The notes beneath the pieces were generated by a model. That model searched no databases, was not told the DNA's origin, and was given only the letters and a program-made list of their open reading frames with translations. This document shows, piece by piece, positions 1 to 12,492 of a stretch of 64,000 bases of DNA; the first letter of the stretch is position 1; every line of letters starts with the position of its first letter. Made by a program: the position numbers and the translations under genes. This DNA is from Blastocladiella emersonii ATCC 22665 (Eukaryota > Fungi > Blastocladiomycota). The stretch lies in NCBI GenBank assembly GCA_025594325.1, contig JANHCV010000005.1, positions 930,001 to 994,000 on the forward strand, given 5' to 3'.

Positions 1-1
1 C

Positions 2-3000
2 GTGCAGTTCCTTGTATTCCGCCGCCGCAAGATCCTGTCGTCCGAGAACGCGGGCGCGGGCGACGCCATCAACCTGATCGCGTACGAGCAGCACCTCAAC
101 ATGGCGACGCGGTACCAGTCCAACGTGACGCGGTCGCAGATCAAGTTCTGGGGCGAGCTGCTCAAGAAGACGCCCGACATGGCGCGCCTGCACGTCCTGG
201 CCGACTCGATCTCGGACGGCATCTCCAAGGCCCAGGACAACTACATCCGCGTGCTCAAGATCAACCCGGGGTCGGCGCAGGTGCTGCGCATGTACGCCGC
301 GTTCCTCATCGAGATCATGAACGACCACAAGAACGGGCGCGAGCTGCAGGAGCGCGCCGACGATCTTGACGAGCATGGCGAGGGCGAGGACGGTGACGGA
401 GACGAGGAGGGCGCCGACATCGACCTGTTCAACGACCAGAACTCGGTCATCACCATCTCGGGCGCCTACGAGACGGTCGGCAAGATCCTGCACGTCAACA
501 ACAAGGCGCTGTCGCTGCTCGGGTACCGCCGTGGCGAGCTGCTCAATCAGAACATCACCACCATCATCCCCGAACCGTTTGCCGAGCCGCACGACGCCTT
601 CATGCGCCGGTACCTCGAGACGGGCTTCTCCAAGATCGTCGAGCGCACGCGCAAGGTCCTCGCGCGCCAGCGCACCGGCTACCTGATCCCCGTCATGCTC
701 GCCGTCAAGCAGGTCAACCGCAACAAGACGACCGCGTTCCTCGGCGTGCTCAAGCCCCTGCACAGCGAGGAAGACTTCATCATGATGGTGCGCTAGAAGT
801 GCCTCGGAACCGTGGTCTGCATCCGCTGACACCCTGCGTCGTGTAGGACGAGCGCGAGAACACGACGGGCTTCACCGAGGGCGTCACGAAATGGTTCCAG
901 GTGCACCCGCGCGAGCTCGAGGGTGGCAACCTGCACATCTCGCAGATCCTGCCGCGATACCGCGAGCTGCACGAGCAGTACAAGAGCCGCAACGGCGCCA
1001 CGACCAACTTCTCGACCAAGGACGGCCGCATCCGCCAGATCGAGGTCCAGATGTCCGTGACCGAGCTCCCGCGACCCGACGGCACGGCGGGAGTGCTGCG
1101 CATGACCATGGCCGTCTTCCGCGTGAGCGAGGACGTGGTCGTCAAGTCCGAGGCCATGCTCGCCGGCGGCAGCGACAGCCAGATCCTCGAGGGCATGAGC
1201 ACGCCGGGCAGCATCGCCCACGAGAGCGTCGCGTCGACCAACCTCTCGCGCAAGCGCGACATACCCATGGGTTTCATGGACGACGCCGAGGCAGGCAGCA
1301 GCTCGTCGAGCCTGGACCGCGGCAGCGGGAGCAAGGACGGTGCCGGCGGCGGTAACGAGGGCGGCGCCGGGAAGCGTCGGCGCGCGCCGTCCGAGGCGGG
1401 CCAGTCGGTCGCCCGCTCGTCGCGGTCTGCGGCCAGCTCCGGCGCCAGCGGCAGCTCGCCCGAGTTCGTCAAGTCCGTGCTGATCCGCAAGAACATCATT
1501 GTGACCAAGAACCTGCGGTGGTTGAGACTCTCGTTCGTTTCGGCGATCCTGATCCTCGTCGGCCTCGCGATCCGCGGCCACCTCGTCACAATTGGGTTGT
1601 ACGAGCAGCACGCGACGCGGCTCATCCAGATCGCCAGCGAGCACACGCTCGGCCAGCTCATGATCTCGGTTGCGTACGCGGTGCGGACGCTCGACCTCGT
1701 CAACGGCGGGCAGATCGCGAGCACGGGCGCAGCGGCCGCGCGCACCTGGGCGACGGGCCAGCTCTCGACCGCGCTCGCGCAGATGCAGAACACGGTCCAG
1801 ACCCTCTCCTCATCGCTCAGCAACGACGCCTTCTACACGCAGTACTACACACTGTCCAAGGTGGCCGTATCCGAGTTCAGCGCCGCGGGCAACTCGACCG
1901 TCACGCTTGGGCTGCTCGACGCCGTCAACCGGGTCCAGTCGACCGCGTCGCTCATTCTCGCGTCGCCGACGTTCCCGCTCCAGCGGCACGTCGACTTCGT
2001 CGCGTACAACGGCCCGCTGATCCTGCCGACGGCGCTCAGCAACCACACGGACGCGTTCCGGTCGACGTTTACGCTCATCGCGCAGGCGCTCAACGTCGAG
2101 ATCGGCGTCGCCATGATGCCCATCGCGTTGTACCTGCTGACCGTGTTCCTGCTGATCCGGCCTATCTACACGACGATCCAGCACGAGCGCGACGGGTTCC
2201 TCGCCATGTTCGGCTCAATCCCGCGGCACGTCGTCAAGGCGATCCAGGAGCAGTGGGTGCGGCGGTACGAGAAGATGATGGGCGACGGCGAGGACCAGCA
2301 GAGCCAGAGCGCGCTGACCAACGCGGTGCTCGGCACGCTCGTCGGCGGCAACAAGAGCATCTCGGCCGCGTCGCTGCCCGGGGCTAGCGGGCTGTACGAA
2401 CTCGCTGCGAGCCGCAAGAGCTCGCTCGCCGCGGCCGCCGCAGGCCGCCGCGTCAGCACCTTCAACGACACGTCCGCTGCGACGCAGCTCGCGCAGAGCC
2501 GCGACCGGCCGCTCCTGCAGCGGATCGCGGCGTGGATCGGGTTCCTGCGCGCACAGGTCATGCAGGCCGTGCACCGCAAGTACCTGATGATGTTCGTGCT
2601 GACAGTCGCGTACTTTGTCGCGTCGTCGCTCATGGCGTTCGACTTCCAGTCCACGGCGCTGTCGCAGAGCGAGGAGGTCAAGTGGAGCACGCGCATCTCG
2701 GTCCTCGCGCGCCAGGTCACGTACTACACGCGCGAGGCCGTCGCGTCGCCGCCGTCCCCGTTCACGCCGAAACTGTACGTGCTCGGCGAGCTAAAGGCGC
2801 TCAACGACGAGATTGGCCAGATCACGCAGGCGCTCATCTACGGCAATGCGACCATGGGCGTCGCGGGCGTGACGGGATCGCCTGAATCCGACATCAACGT
2901 CATATTTCTCTCCAACGCATGGTACGCGACGATAACTGCATGTTTGGAGAACGAAACTGACTGCACTTATCGTCTGGCAGCATCTCTTCGGCGGCAAGCG

Positions 3001-3558
3001 GCTGCTCGACATTTGCAAACGGCGTGCTCTCGAGCGGGCTGTACTCTGGCCTCGTGTAAGATTCCTTCTGCCATCACTTACGGGCCCATTCTCACCGGAG
3101 CGACCGTGTAGTGAGTACCAATCGCTGGTCGCCCAGGCCATCGAGGTGCTCTCGACCCAGACGTTGGCCATGGCGGCCCTCGACACGAGCGATCCGTTCG
3201 CGACGCTGTGGCAGTTCGACTACGTGCACTTCCCGCCGATTCTCAACGCTGTCGGCAAGCTGTACCTGGGCAAGTCGACGGATGGACTCGCGTCATTCTA
3301 TCGGGTTCGTAATGCTCGCACGCGGCGGTCGATGGCCGCGGTTGATGGCCGTGGCTGCTCACACTCGCGAACGTGTAGATACACTTGATCCTGACGGTCA
3401 TCTACGCGGCCGTGATGCTGATCCTGTACCTCGTCTACTACCGCCCGCACATCACGCAGCTCGGCTCATCGATCATGCGGAAACACGTCATGCTGTTCCT
3501 CATCCCGACGGACGTGATCACCAACGTCGAGTCGATCCAGCGGTACCTGCGATCGTGA
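2..3558 (+). CDS. Multi-pass membrane PAS-domain protein, TmcB-like (5' truncated by window edge)
   Basis: TPR-like helix pair (AQDNYIRVLKINPGSAQVLRMYAAFLIE), clear PAS (GKILHVNNKALSLLGYRRGELLNQNITTIIPEPFAEPHDAFMRRYLETG), second degenerate PAS, several hydrophobic TM segments. GT-AG introns near 790-847, 2921-2980, 3056-3110 and 3305-3378 join the frames to TGA at 3556-3558. Confidence 0.8.
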
Positions 3559-3748
3559 AGGCTGTACAGGTCTGCGAATAACATACCAATAGACACTCAT
3601 TTTTGGCAAAGAGGATCAATCAGGCCTTGGATCACGGCGGAAACGCGACGGTCGTCGGCACGAGGCTCGCTTGTCCGCCACGGTTACCCGCGGCTCTCTC
3701 TCTCTCTACTCGAAACTACCAGACAACGGTAGCCCCATGAACTAGGCC

Positions 3749-5497
3749 ATGTCACACTTGATGCAATCTGTACTGCGCACTTATGTTCGCCGATTGACGA
3801 CAATCCGGGGGCCGCGTCGATGCTACCACGATGCTCGGGTCAGCGTCGACACCATCTTTGCGCCAGCGACGGCGCCCGGCCGTGCCGGTGTCGCCGTGAT
3901 CCGCGTTTCCGGTCAGGATGCTTTTAACGTATGGCGCGCAACGTCTTTCGGCCCCATCTTAAGCGATCTCTTGCTGAATGTGCATCCCGCCAGGTTTTCT
4001 CCCGAATGACGGCGCGCTCAAGCCCGCCGACTCCGCGAACCATGACCGTCGCTGCGCTGCGGCACCCGGAAACCCGGACGCTCCTCGATCGCGCCATGGT
4101 GGTCGCTTTCCAGGCGCCCAAGTCGTTCACGGGTGAGGACACGGTTGAGATCCACGCGCACGGCGGGCCGGCCGTTGTCAAGGGCCTCCTCGGCGCGCTC
4201 GCTGCGATCCCCGGGTTTCGAGCAGCGGATCGAGGTGAGTTTGCTGAGCGGTGCGTTTGAGTCTACTCAACGTCCCCAACTCAGCATGCTAACGCTCGCT
4301 CACGGCATGCGGTAGCGCCTTTATGAACGGCAAGCTCGACCTGACCGAGGTCGAGGGGCTCAAGGACCTGGTGCAGGCCGAGACCGAGGCGCAGCGGCAA
4401 CTGGCGCTTCGACAAGCCGATGTACGCGGACCTCACTCGCCGGTGGCTGGCGGGAGTCGATGCTGACGCACGCTGAACGTAGGGAGAGCTCGGCCGGCTG
4501 TACGAGGACTGGCGCAAGCGCATCGTGCAGTCCATGGGGCACATCGAGGCCATGATCGACTTTGGCGAGGACGAGCAGTTTGAGGACGGGATCTGGGACA
4601 CGAGTACGCATTTCTCCGCCGTTCCGGGAGGTCGAAGCGACAGCGACACTGACGCTTCACGTCGTCCTTGGTGTAGCGCGCTCCCGGATACTCGCGCTGC
4701 GCGGCGAGATCGAGTCGCACCTCAACGACGGCCGGCGCGGCGAGGTGATCCGCAACGGGATCCGCGTCACGCTGTTCGGTCCCGTGAACGCGGGCAAGTC
4801 GTCGATGCTCAACTACCTCGCGCGGCGGCACGTCGCCATTGTCTCGGAAGAGCCGGGCACCACGCGCGACATCATCGAGACCACCATCGACGTGGCCGGG
4901 TTCCCCGTGATCCTCAGCGACACGGCCGGGATGCGCGCGGGCGCGGGGAAAGTGGAGGCGGTCGGAATTCAACTCGCGCGGCAGCGGCTCGCGTCGGACA
5001 CGGACCTGCGGATCGCGCTCGTCGACCTCGAGCGCGACGTGCCGCGGCAGCTCGCGGACCTCGGCGCGCTCGTCACAAGCGACACCATGGTGGTCCTGAA
5101 CAAGGTCGACCGCGTGTCCCGTGACGACGGCGATGCGACCGTCGTCGACCAAGCCGTGGCTCACTGCCGTGCGCTGACGCCACACGTTGCCGTCACGTCG
5201 ATTGCCGCGGGTGACGGCATGGACGAGTTTGTGCGCGTGCTCGGCCAGCTCCTCAACTCGCTGTACGGCGTCGTCGTCGACAGCGGCGCAGGTCCGGTAC
5301 TTACGAACGAGCGGCAGCGCAACCACCTGCAGTCGTGCGTGCAGGCGCTCGACCGGTTCCTCGCGCACGAGGACGACGTGGTGATGGCGGCCGAGGAGCT
5401 GCGGCTGGCCGCGCTGTGCATCGGTCGGATCGGCGGGCTGGTCGACACGGAGCAGGTGCTGGATGTCATCTTCCGCGACTTCTGTATTGGCAAGTGA
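3749..5497 (+). CDS. MSS1: Mitochondrial tRNA modification GTPase MnmE/GTPBP3
   Basis: [40 protein letters not shown]1 [23 protein letters not shown] and C-terminal FCIGK; presequence-like N-terminus; several short introns. Confidence 0.95.
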
Positions 5498-5517
5498 AAT
5501 GAACTGAATAGATAGTG

Positions 5518-6816
5518 TTACGCGTCCTCGGCAGCAGCGTCATCGCCTCCGCCGTCCCCGCTCCCGTCGCCGCCGCGAGACCGCGCGAGGTCACGCTGCT
5601 CGGCGAGCGCTTCGGACGCGAGTGCGGCGGCTTCGGCCTCGGCCTGGGCCTTTTGCTGCGCGGCGAGCTCCTCGCGGGCGCGCTCGTTCTGCACGCGGAC
5701 CTGCTCGCCCTCCTCGCGCTCGTCGGCGGCGATGGGCTCCTTGTCAAGGATCTGGACCTGCGGCAGGCGGTAGATGACGTTGAGGCGGTAGCTTTCCTGC
5801 TCGCAGATCGGGTTCTCTACAGGCAGGTGTGGGCGTGAGATTGGGTCGTGGGGCGGGCACGGCGAAATGGGTACCCTGGAGGTTGAGGCGGAGGAGCGAC
5901 TTGAGCGGTTTGAGGTGGTCGATCTCGTCAAAGTTGGCAATGTTGTTCTTGCTACAGCGGCGGCTGGGTCAGTGGGGCTCTTGGTGCGAGAAAAAGACGT
6001 CGTCATACCGGAGGTTGAGGTAGGTCAGCTTGACGAGGTTCGACTCGGCAAAGGGCAGGAGGGTCGCGATGGCGTTGTCGCGCAGGTGCAGGGTCTCGAG
6101 CGCCTCCTTGTTCTTGAGGAAGTCGAGCTCGGTGATCTGGTTGGCGGCCTAGACTTGTTCGCGTATAAGATGACGGTCGGTGCGGATCATGCGAACGAGA
6201 GCGACGTACCAGGTAAAGCCGCTTAAGCTTGGGCGCCTCCTCGATCAGGACCTTGACGAGCTTGTTCTCGCGGGCCTCGCACTGCGTCAGCTCGGGCGTG
6301 TGTGCGAGCTCGAGCTCCGCGAGCTGGTTCTCTAGTGGACGAAGCGTGGTCAGAAAAGGCGCGCGTCCACGATAGAGTCAAGGAGCACGCACTGTTAAAG
6401 TTGAGCGTGACGAGCGCCGGCCACGCCCGCGTCGCGCACGTCGCGATCTCGTTGGACGAGAGGTCGAGGTACGACAGGTACGCCTTGGACCCGAACACCT
6501 GGTCCTCGACGGCCGTGAGCTTGTTGCCCGACGTATTGAGCGACAGCAGATACTTTTGGATGGCGAGGCCGCGGTTGAGCGTCGTGAGCGCGTTGCCGGA
6601 CAGGTCCTACGGGAGAGCCGCCGTTCGTGAGAAACAAGGCACAACCAGCGAGCGTATTGCACGCACGATCACGCGGAGGTGCGGAAAGTCGGCGAGCGGG
6701 TCGACGCTCGTCAGGGACTTGCCGCTGGCGTCGAGCCGGATGAAGGCGTAGTGGAGGCCGTCGGGCGTCCGGTCGATTTGCGACACCGAGTTGGAGATGA
6801 CTTCGAGCTCTGCCAT
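5518..6816 (-). CDS. LRRC23: Leucine-rich repeat protein 23 (flagellar radial-spoke associated)
   Basis: N-terminal SQIDRTPDGLHYAFIRLDASGKSLTSVDPLADFPHLR resembles the LRRC23 motif GLAHAYVKLE. SDS22-like LRR exons follow, then LRRcap ENPICEQESYRLNVIYRLPQVQILD and an acidic coiled-coil tail; multiple introns. Confidence 0.8.
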
Positions 6817-7140
6817 GGCTACGTTTTCATGCGTTTCGTGCTTTCAAGAGATCGCCAGCGAGCGCAGGATGACGCGAGAGACAGGGCGCGAGACGGGGCG
6901 GAACGCGTCGCGCCACACGATCAGGTGAGTGCAGGTGGGCCCGGGTGACCACGCACGCGAAAATCGTCTCGCGTCGGCCGCGCCTCAAGGGCGCGTTCCT
7001 CTTTCCCCTCCCCTCTCCTCCCCGCCTCAACCGCGCCTCATCCGCGCTCAATGAAATCTGCCTAGCGCATCGGGACCACCGCGCACCCGCCACCCGTAAC
7101 CCCGAGCGGCCGCTCGCCCGCCCGCCAGCCGTCCATCGCC

Positions 7141-9599
7141 ATGAACAACATCAACGTCAACAACGTCGACGCCAACCAGCTCGCGCAAATGCTCGCGCAC
7201 GCGCACCACCAGCACCACCGCACCGAGGAACACGTCGACGTCCCCGAGGACATGGACGTGGACCAGTCGCAGGAGGCCCTCGATTTCGCTGAGAAGATCC
7301 GCAAGCAGACGATCGAGAACGCGGACCCGCCCGAGGTCCTCGCCCAGCGCGCACGCGATGCGCCACCCGGGCAGCCCGGCGACGCTGCGCGGACGCTGTT
7401 CGGGACTGCGTGGTACGTTGCGCGCCCGCCATCGCGCGACCCACGACGCGACGCGATGCTCACCCCACGTCCCCTCCGTCTAGGCTCATGAGCCACTACG
7501 AGCTCGCCGACAGCTTCAACATCCCGCGCCAGGACCTGTACGACCACTACAAGCGGTACTGCGAGACCAACAGCGTCAACCCCGTCAACTCGGCCACCTT
7601 CGGCAAGATCGTGCGCGTGCTTTGGCCCGACCTCAAGACGCGCCGCCTCGGCACCCGCGGCCAGAGCAAGTACCACTACTGCGGCATTCGCGTCAAGGGC
7701 GCCCAATACCACCACTCGCAGGTCCTCCAGATGCAGAACCCGTTCGCCGCACTCGTCATGTCCGGGTACGCGTTATCGCGGGCGACTGGCAACTCGCTCA
7801 TCGGCTAACATCCCACCGCGTCGAATGTAGCCTCAACGGGCTCACGCTCAACCCCATCTTCGGCGACGCCGCGCACCTTACGAGCATCCCGCTCCCCGAC
7901 TTCCCGACCATCTCCGAGTCCTTCATCCCGCTCGGCGCCACGCCCGAGCTCGTGCAGCACTTTGTGCAGGCGTACAAGCTGCACTGCCAGTCGATCCTCG
8001 ACTCGCTGCAGATCATGCAGTTCCAGCAGGTCGAGACGCTGCTGCGCGGGTTCTGGACCGCGCTGCCAGAGAACTCGCGCCGCCTCGTCAACAGCCCCGA
8101 GTCGGTCGAGCTGATCTGGCGGTGCGACTCGATCCTGTACGACACCATCATGAACGTGCTGCTGCCGAGCCCGCTGCACCAGCTGCCCATGCCCGTGACC
8201 CAGGCCGTGCGCCACTTCGCGCGCCAGCTCGAGACGTGGATCCTCGGCGCCATGGAAGGATACACGCACATGCTCGTCGCCCGCAAGGTCGAGGTCGCCA
8301 AGGTGTTTGCCCAGCAGCTCAAGCGCCACACGTCGCTCAACTTCCTCGCCCAGGCCGCCGCCCAGGTCCTCGAGTCCACCGAGAACATGCACACCATGTT
8401 CATGGAGTGGAGCAAGCTCGATTTCGAGGGGCTCAAGGACCAGGCCTCGTGGGTCACCGAGTGCCGCAAGGTCGACGTGATCCAGATCGCCGAGATGGAG
8501 GTCAAGAACCTGCTCACGTCCTCGACCAAGCTCGAGCAGTGGACCGTGTGGCTCGACAGCGTCATTGCGCGGTTCCTCGACGAGGTTCGTTTCCCGCTCA
8601 TGTCCGCGTTCTGTACGCCGTCTCCTCACTCACGCTGCTCCCCTGATTGCGCAGAAACTCGACCCGGCGCGGTACATCAACCAGGCCCGCCAATTTATTC
8701 TCAAGTGGAACTTTTACGGCTCGCTGTGCCTGCGCGACCTGACGCTGCGGTCCATGAGCACTTTCGGCTCGTTCCACATCCTGCGCCTCTTCATCGACGA
8801 GTACATCTTCTTCGTCGTCGAGCAGCGCATCGCCAACGTCCAGAGCCTCTCGACCGGCTCCATGCCCGCCGCACCCACGCCGCACCAGCAACAGCAGCAG
8901 CAGCAACAGCAGATGCAGGCCGCGCACGCCCACGCCCACGCGCAGGCTCAGGCTCAAGCGCAGGCGCAGGCGCAGGCCCACCATGCGCAGATGCAGGCCG
9001 TGGCCGCCGCCGCCGTGTCGGCCCCGCTCCCTGTTCCGCCACCCGTCTCCGCGCCACCAGCGCCCGCCGTCCCGATTTCTGTGTCTTCGGCGCCCGCGCC
9101 CATGGCCTCCCTGCCACCACCGCCGATCCTCGGCGCGGCGCCGCTCCCCATGGTCACGCCGACCGCTTCGCCATCACTCGGCCTCGGCAACGGCGTTCCC
9201 CATACCGATCCAGCGCTGGCCAGCGCGAACGCCATGGCCGTTGCTGCCGCGGCCGTGGCGGCCGCCGCTGCAGCCGCCTCGATGCACTCGACGCCCACGC
9301 CAAGTCTCGCACCACCCTCCATCACCTCCGCACCACCCGCCATGTCGCAGCAGTCGATCCAGGAGCAGTTCGAGCAGAACAACGCCGAGCTGATGGCCGA
9401 GATCCGCGAGGCGTTCCAGTTCATGGGCGAGACCGCGGAGTCGGCGACGGCGGCAGCGCCACCAGGCGGCGGCGGCGGCGTGTCCGACCCGATGGCCGGG
9501 TTGTCTCAACTCGGTGCGGGAACGACGGCGGCGGCGGCAACGGGCGAGCCCGGGTCGCAGGCGGCGCCGCCAACGGCGGGGAACCCGGCGTCTTCTTGA
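7141..9599 (+). CDS. RFX: RFX transcription factor with DNA-binding, B/C and dimerisation domains
   Basis: DBD VNSATFGKIVRVLWPDLKTRRLGTRGQSKYHYCGIR; dimerisation motif LKWNFYGSLCLRDLTLRSMSTFGSFHILRLFIDEY; Q/A/P-rich tail; about 3 introns. Confidence 0.95.
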
Positions 9600-9668
9600 C
9601 GCGGCGCGGGTGGAGTATCATACATTCAGCGTGTCTTTCATCGACTTTGGCTCGGCCGTGATACGAGG

Positions 9669-11258
9669 TTGATGCGGAGGAGCTGGCTCGCGGCGCTCAT
9701 CCCACATGACTCGATCTCGCCCAGGTTCGCGGCCGCTTTCATCCCCGACGCGCGATCGGACTGTCGCTCCCAGGCACAACCCCATAGATCATGCAATGAA
9801 GCTTCTTACCTCATGCAACTTATCCGCTGCAACCTGCTTATGACTCTTCTTGCTTTGAATCGGCTCCATCGCGCGCAAGACTCGCCCTGCTCGACCGCCG
9901 ATGCGCCTCCGCCCGTATTGCTGCTGGCGCCGCGGCTCTCGGCAAGGTATTTGCCCGGTCCATGTCCTTGATTGTGTGACTGGCGCACGTCGTATGGCCC
10001 TTGTTTTTCGATGAATCCACGCGTCTGATTCACGTCGGAGGAACTCGCTCGCTTCAGCGGAGCGGCCAAACACGTTTGTGATCCCCAGCCCGAATGTGCA
10101 CGTGTCGTCTTCATGGTATGCGCGTCGTGCTCGCTTGGTCTAGCAGCGCAGCAATACGCGCAAACTCGCGCGTTGGAGTAATCCGTGTTGGGCTCGGTGT
10201 TGGGACGAGAAGCACTGCCTGCCGACTACCAAGGGAGGCCGACAGCACCCAAGAAGACGCAAACGCATACACGTTTATCTGGCCGAAATCCCAGTGACGA
10301 CGCGCTCGCCCGACACTTTTCTTGTCCGGTCGTGCTCGTTGACGTGACAGCGGGCTCCTCTGAGCTGTCTTCATCGATGCCGAGCGTGTGAATCAATGGA
10401 CCCAAGCCGGAACTGATTCATCTTGGCAACGAGTCTGGTGTACGCCCGGACATTATTCCCTCACAAATGGGATCTTACGGATGGAATCGTTTGCTGGACA
10501 TGGCTCGCACGATCGCCGTGAAAAGTCCGCGGCGCGCGTGCGAGCCATGCCCTCGTCTTGATCTCCGTGATCCTCTGCGCGAGGGCGAGTTACTCATTTC
10601 TATACAAGTCGCGCATACGCTGCTCGCGAACTCGCACTTTGTTCCGATCCGTGGCACGCCATGCGCTGAGTACGAGCAGCATCAAAAAGCTCCGCGTGAA
10701 TGAAACTGGCGGCACCCAAAAGAAAAAACGCAAAAACATGTATCTCCAACACGCCGGTGGTTCCACACCAAGGATACTTCCTAAAGCTTTATTCCGCCGG
10801 TCGCACTTGATCGCGAAGTCAGCGTTATTCTGTCGGCCGCATACATCGCTCTTTCTGCCGTGTCAATCGATGCACCCGAACCGGAACTGATTCATCTCGA
10901 CGAGCAGTCTGCTGTATGCCCGGACTTTCTTCTCTTGCAAATGGGCTCCTACGGATGCAATCGCTTTTTGGACATGTCTCGCACGATCGCCGTGAAAGGA
11001 CCGCGGCGCGCGACCATGCCAATCAATGCACCGGAGCCGGAACTGATTCATCTCGACAACGAGTCTGGTGTACGCCCGGACTTTCTTCCCTCGCAAATGG
11101 GCCCTTACGGATGGAATCGCTTTCTGGACATGGCTCGCACGATCGCCGTGAAAAGACCGCGGCGCGCGTGCGAACCATGTCCTTGCATTGACATCCGTGA
11201 TCCTCTGCGCGAGGGCGACTCGTTCATGTCCATTAAAGCTGTGCACACGCAGCTCTAG
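9669..11258 (+). pseudogene. Decayed gene of unknown family, unit 1, with internal in-frame duplications
   Basis: ORF pieces 9669-9971, 10185-10391, 10467-10703 and 10860-11258 share one frame with few scattered stops; lower GC than flanking genes; colinear similarity to unit 2. Confidence 0.55.
10391..11250 (+). repeat. Three diverged copies of a ~150-230 bp coding module (about 10391-10620, 10861-11020, 11021-11250)
   Basis: Anchor CCGGAACTGATTCATCT at 10407, 10881 and 11037 (offsets 474 and 156, both multiples of 3); copies 1 and 3 are ~86% identical by manual alignment. Confidence 0.95.
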
Positions 11259-11434
11259 GTGGGCTAAAATACATCTTTATTCCCCCGATGGCCTCCCTTC
11301 CCTCCCTTCCTTACCCCGCGAGAACGTTTGGAGGCCGTCCTTGCACATTCCACAGTTAAAACCTCACGTCTTAAGTCACATCGGCTGGTTCTTCACTCCT
11401 CCAATGCCCGCAAACGGTCGACTGAGACGCTACG

Positions 11435-12492
11435 GTGTCGCGCCACGTTGAGCGTTCTGCGCGCTGCTCATTTCACATGACCCGCACCACTTCGTTTTCG
11501 CCGTCGAGCGCGCGATCCGGCTGGCCCTCTCGGACGCAACCCATAGAATCTGCTATGCATTACTTAACCTGCTGCAACATACTCAAGACGGCTCCAACAT
11601 TCAATCCTGAGAATTTGCTGCGCTTCGTGAGCGTGGGAGCACCGCCGCCTGGTCTCAAGCTGCGCACGCTGGAGTTCTGCGACTGTCACTCCGACTGCTC
11701 ACGCGGCTCGCTCGCGGACTTCTTGCGACCAAGTGGTTGTGGCGACGTCGGTGTCATCAATATCTCTTAGATCCAGGTGGTGGTGGTACTCACACTTGTT
11801 TCCACCATGCGCAAGGGGGTGGTCACGCTCGTGGACTCTGCACTCGTCCCAGGAGTGTCTTCATATTGGTGCTTGTCGCGTGATTGCTCGGCCTCGACTG
11901 CCAAGCACTTGGGTTGTGTACTCGCCCAAGTTTCTCCTCGACAACATCACCTATCAAGTCCAAGAAGTTACTAGTCTGGTAAAACGCGGTGTGGTGCCCA
12001 AGAATTTGGTAACAACGATGCACTCGCGTACACGTCCAGACACTTCCACTTCTCACTCGTCCGCGATACTGCCGAACTCTTGACCGAGCAGGAGCGCAAG
12101 GGCGGCGACGTGGGCGCTCTTCTGGCATACGAGAGCGTGGATCTCCGAGACCTAATCAGCTTGCTCAGCCCAGCGTGAACACTCACACGCGAACAGCTTG
12201 TACTTGGCCGACCTGTCGCGCGACGATGGCCTCGCGCGGATGGCGCTGTATGCTCGACATGGCCCGCCCGCGCGTCGTGAAAAGGCCGCGTCGCGCGAGC
12301 GGGCCGTGTCCTCGATTCTTCATCCGCGGGTGCGTCCTCACGCACCGACGCCTGACCCGTCCTTGCTGTCCGCGCGCGTCGAGCGACGCTACAATACACT
12401 CGAGTTCTTATCGCACTCGCAAAGCAGTCTCACCAGAGTCCAGGAAGTTCCCGTTGGATCATCGAGCACGGGTTGCTCAATGTATGAGATGA
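11435..12492 (+). pseudogene. Decayed gene of unknown family, unit 2 (paralog of unit 1)
   Basis: Shares, in order, L.CCN.L.T, APPP.L.L, LG.VL, DALA...RHF, (D/E)LI.L and GW...LDMAR...VK.PRRA..PCPR with unit 1; stops at about 11768, 11972 and 12176 and a frameshift near 12180. Confidence 0.55.

Noticed and set aside
10389-10391. In-frame TGA/TAA/TAG in unit 1 as selenocysteine, recoding or A-to-I editing sites
   Set aside because: The homologous codon in copy 2 is TCA (Ser), and unit 2 also has a frameshift; ordinary decay is simpler.
10412-10477. Minus-strand GTAAG...ATCAG 66-nt intron that would remove both conserved minus-frame stops
   Set aside because: No typical branch/acceptor signature, the donor is not kept in unit 2, and plus-frame residues (LI.L) are conserved inside it with synonymous changes. 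Disfavoured but not fully excluded.
10475-10560. Minus-strand GHGSHARRGLFT resembling the tyrosine-recombinase HxxRRG box
   Set aside because: His is out of register with the H-S-x-R-R-G consensus, conserved stops follow, and no other recombinase motifs are present.
10391-11250. CRISPR-like or satellite interpretation of the repeats
   Set aside because: Units are long, diverged, in-frame and lack unique spacers; the context is eukaryotic.
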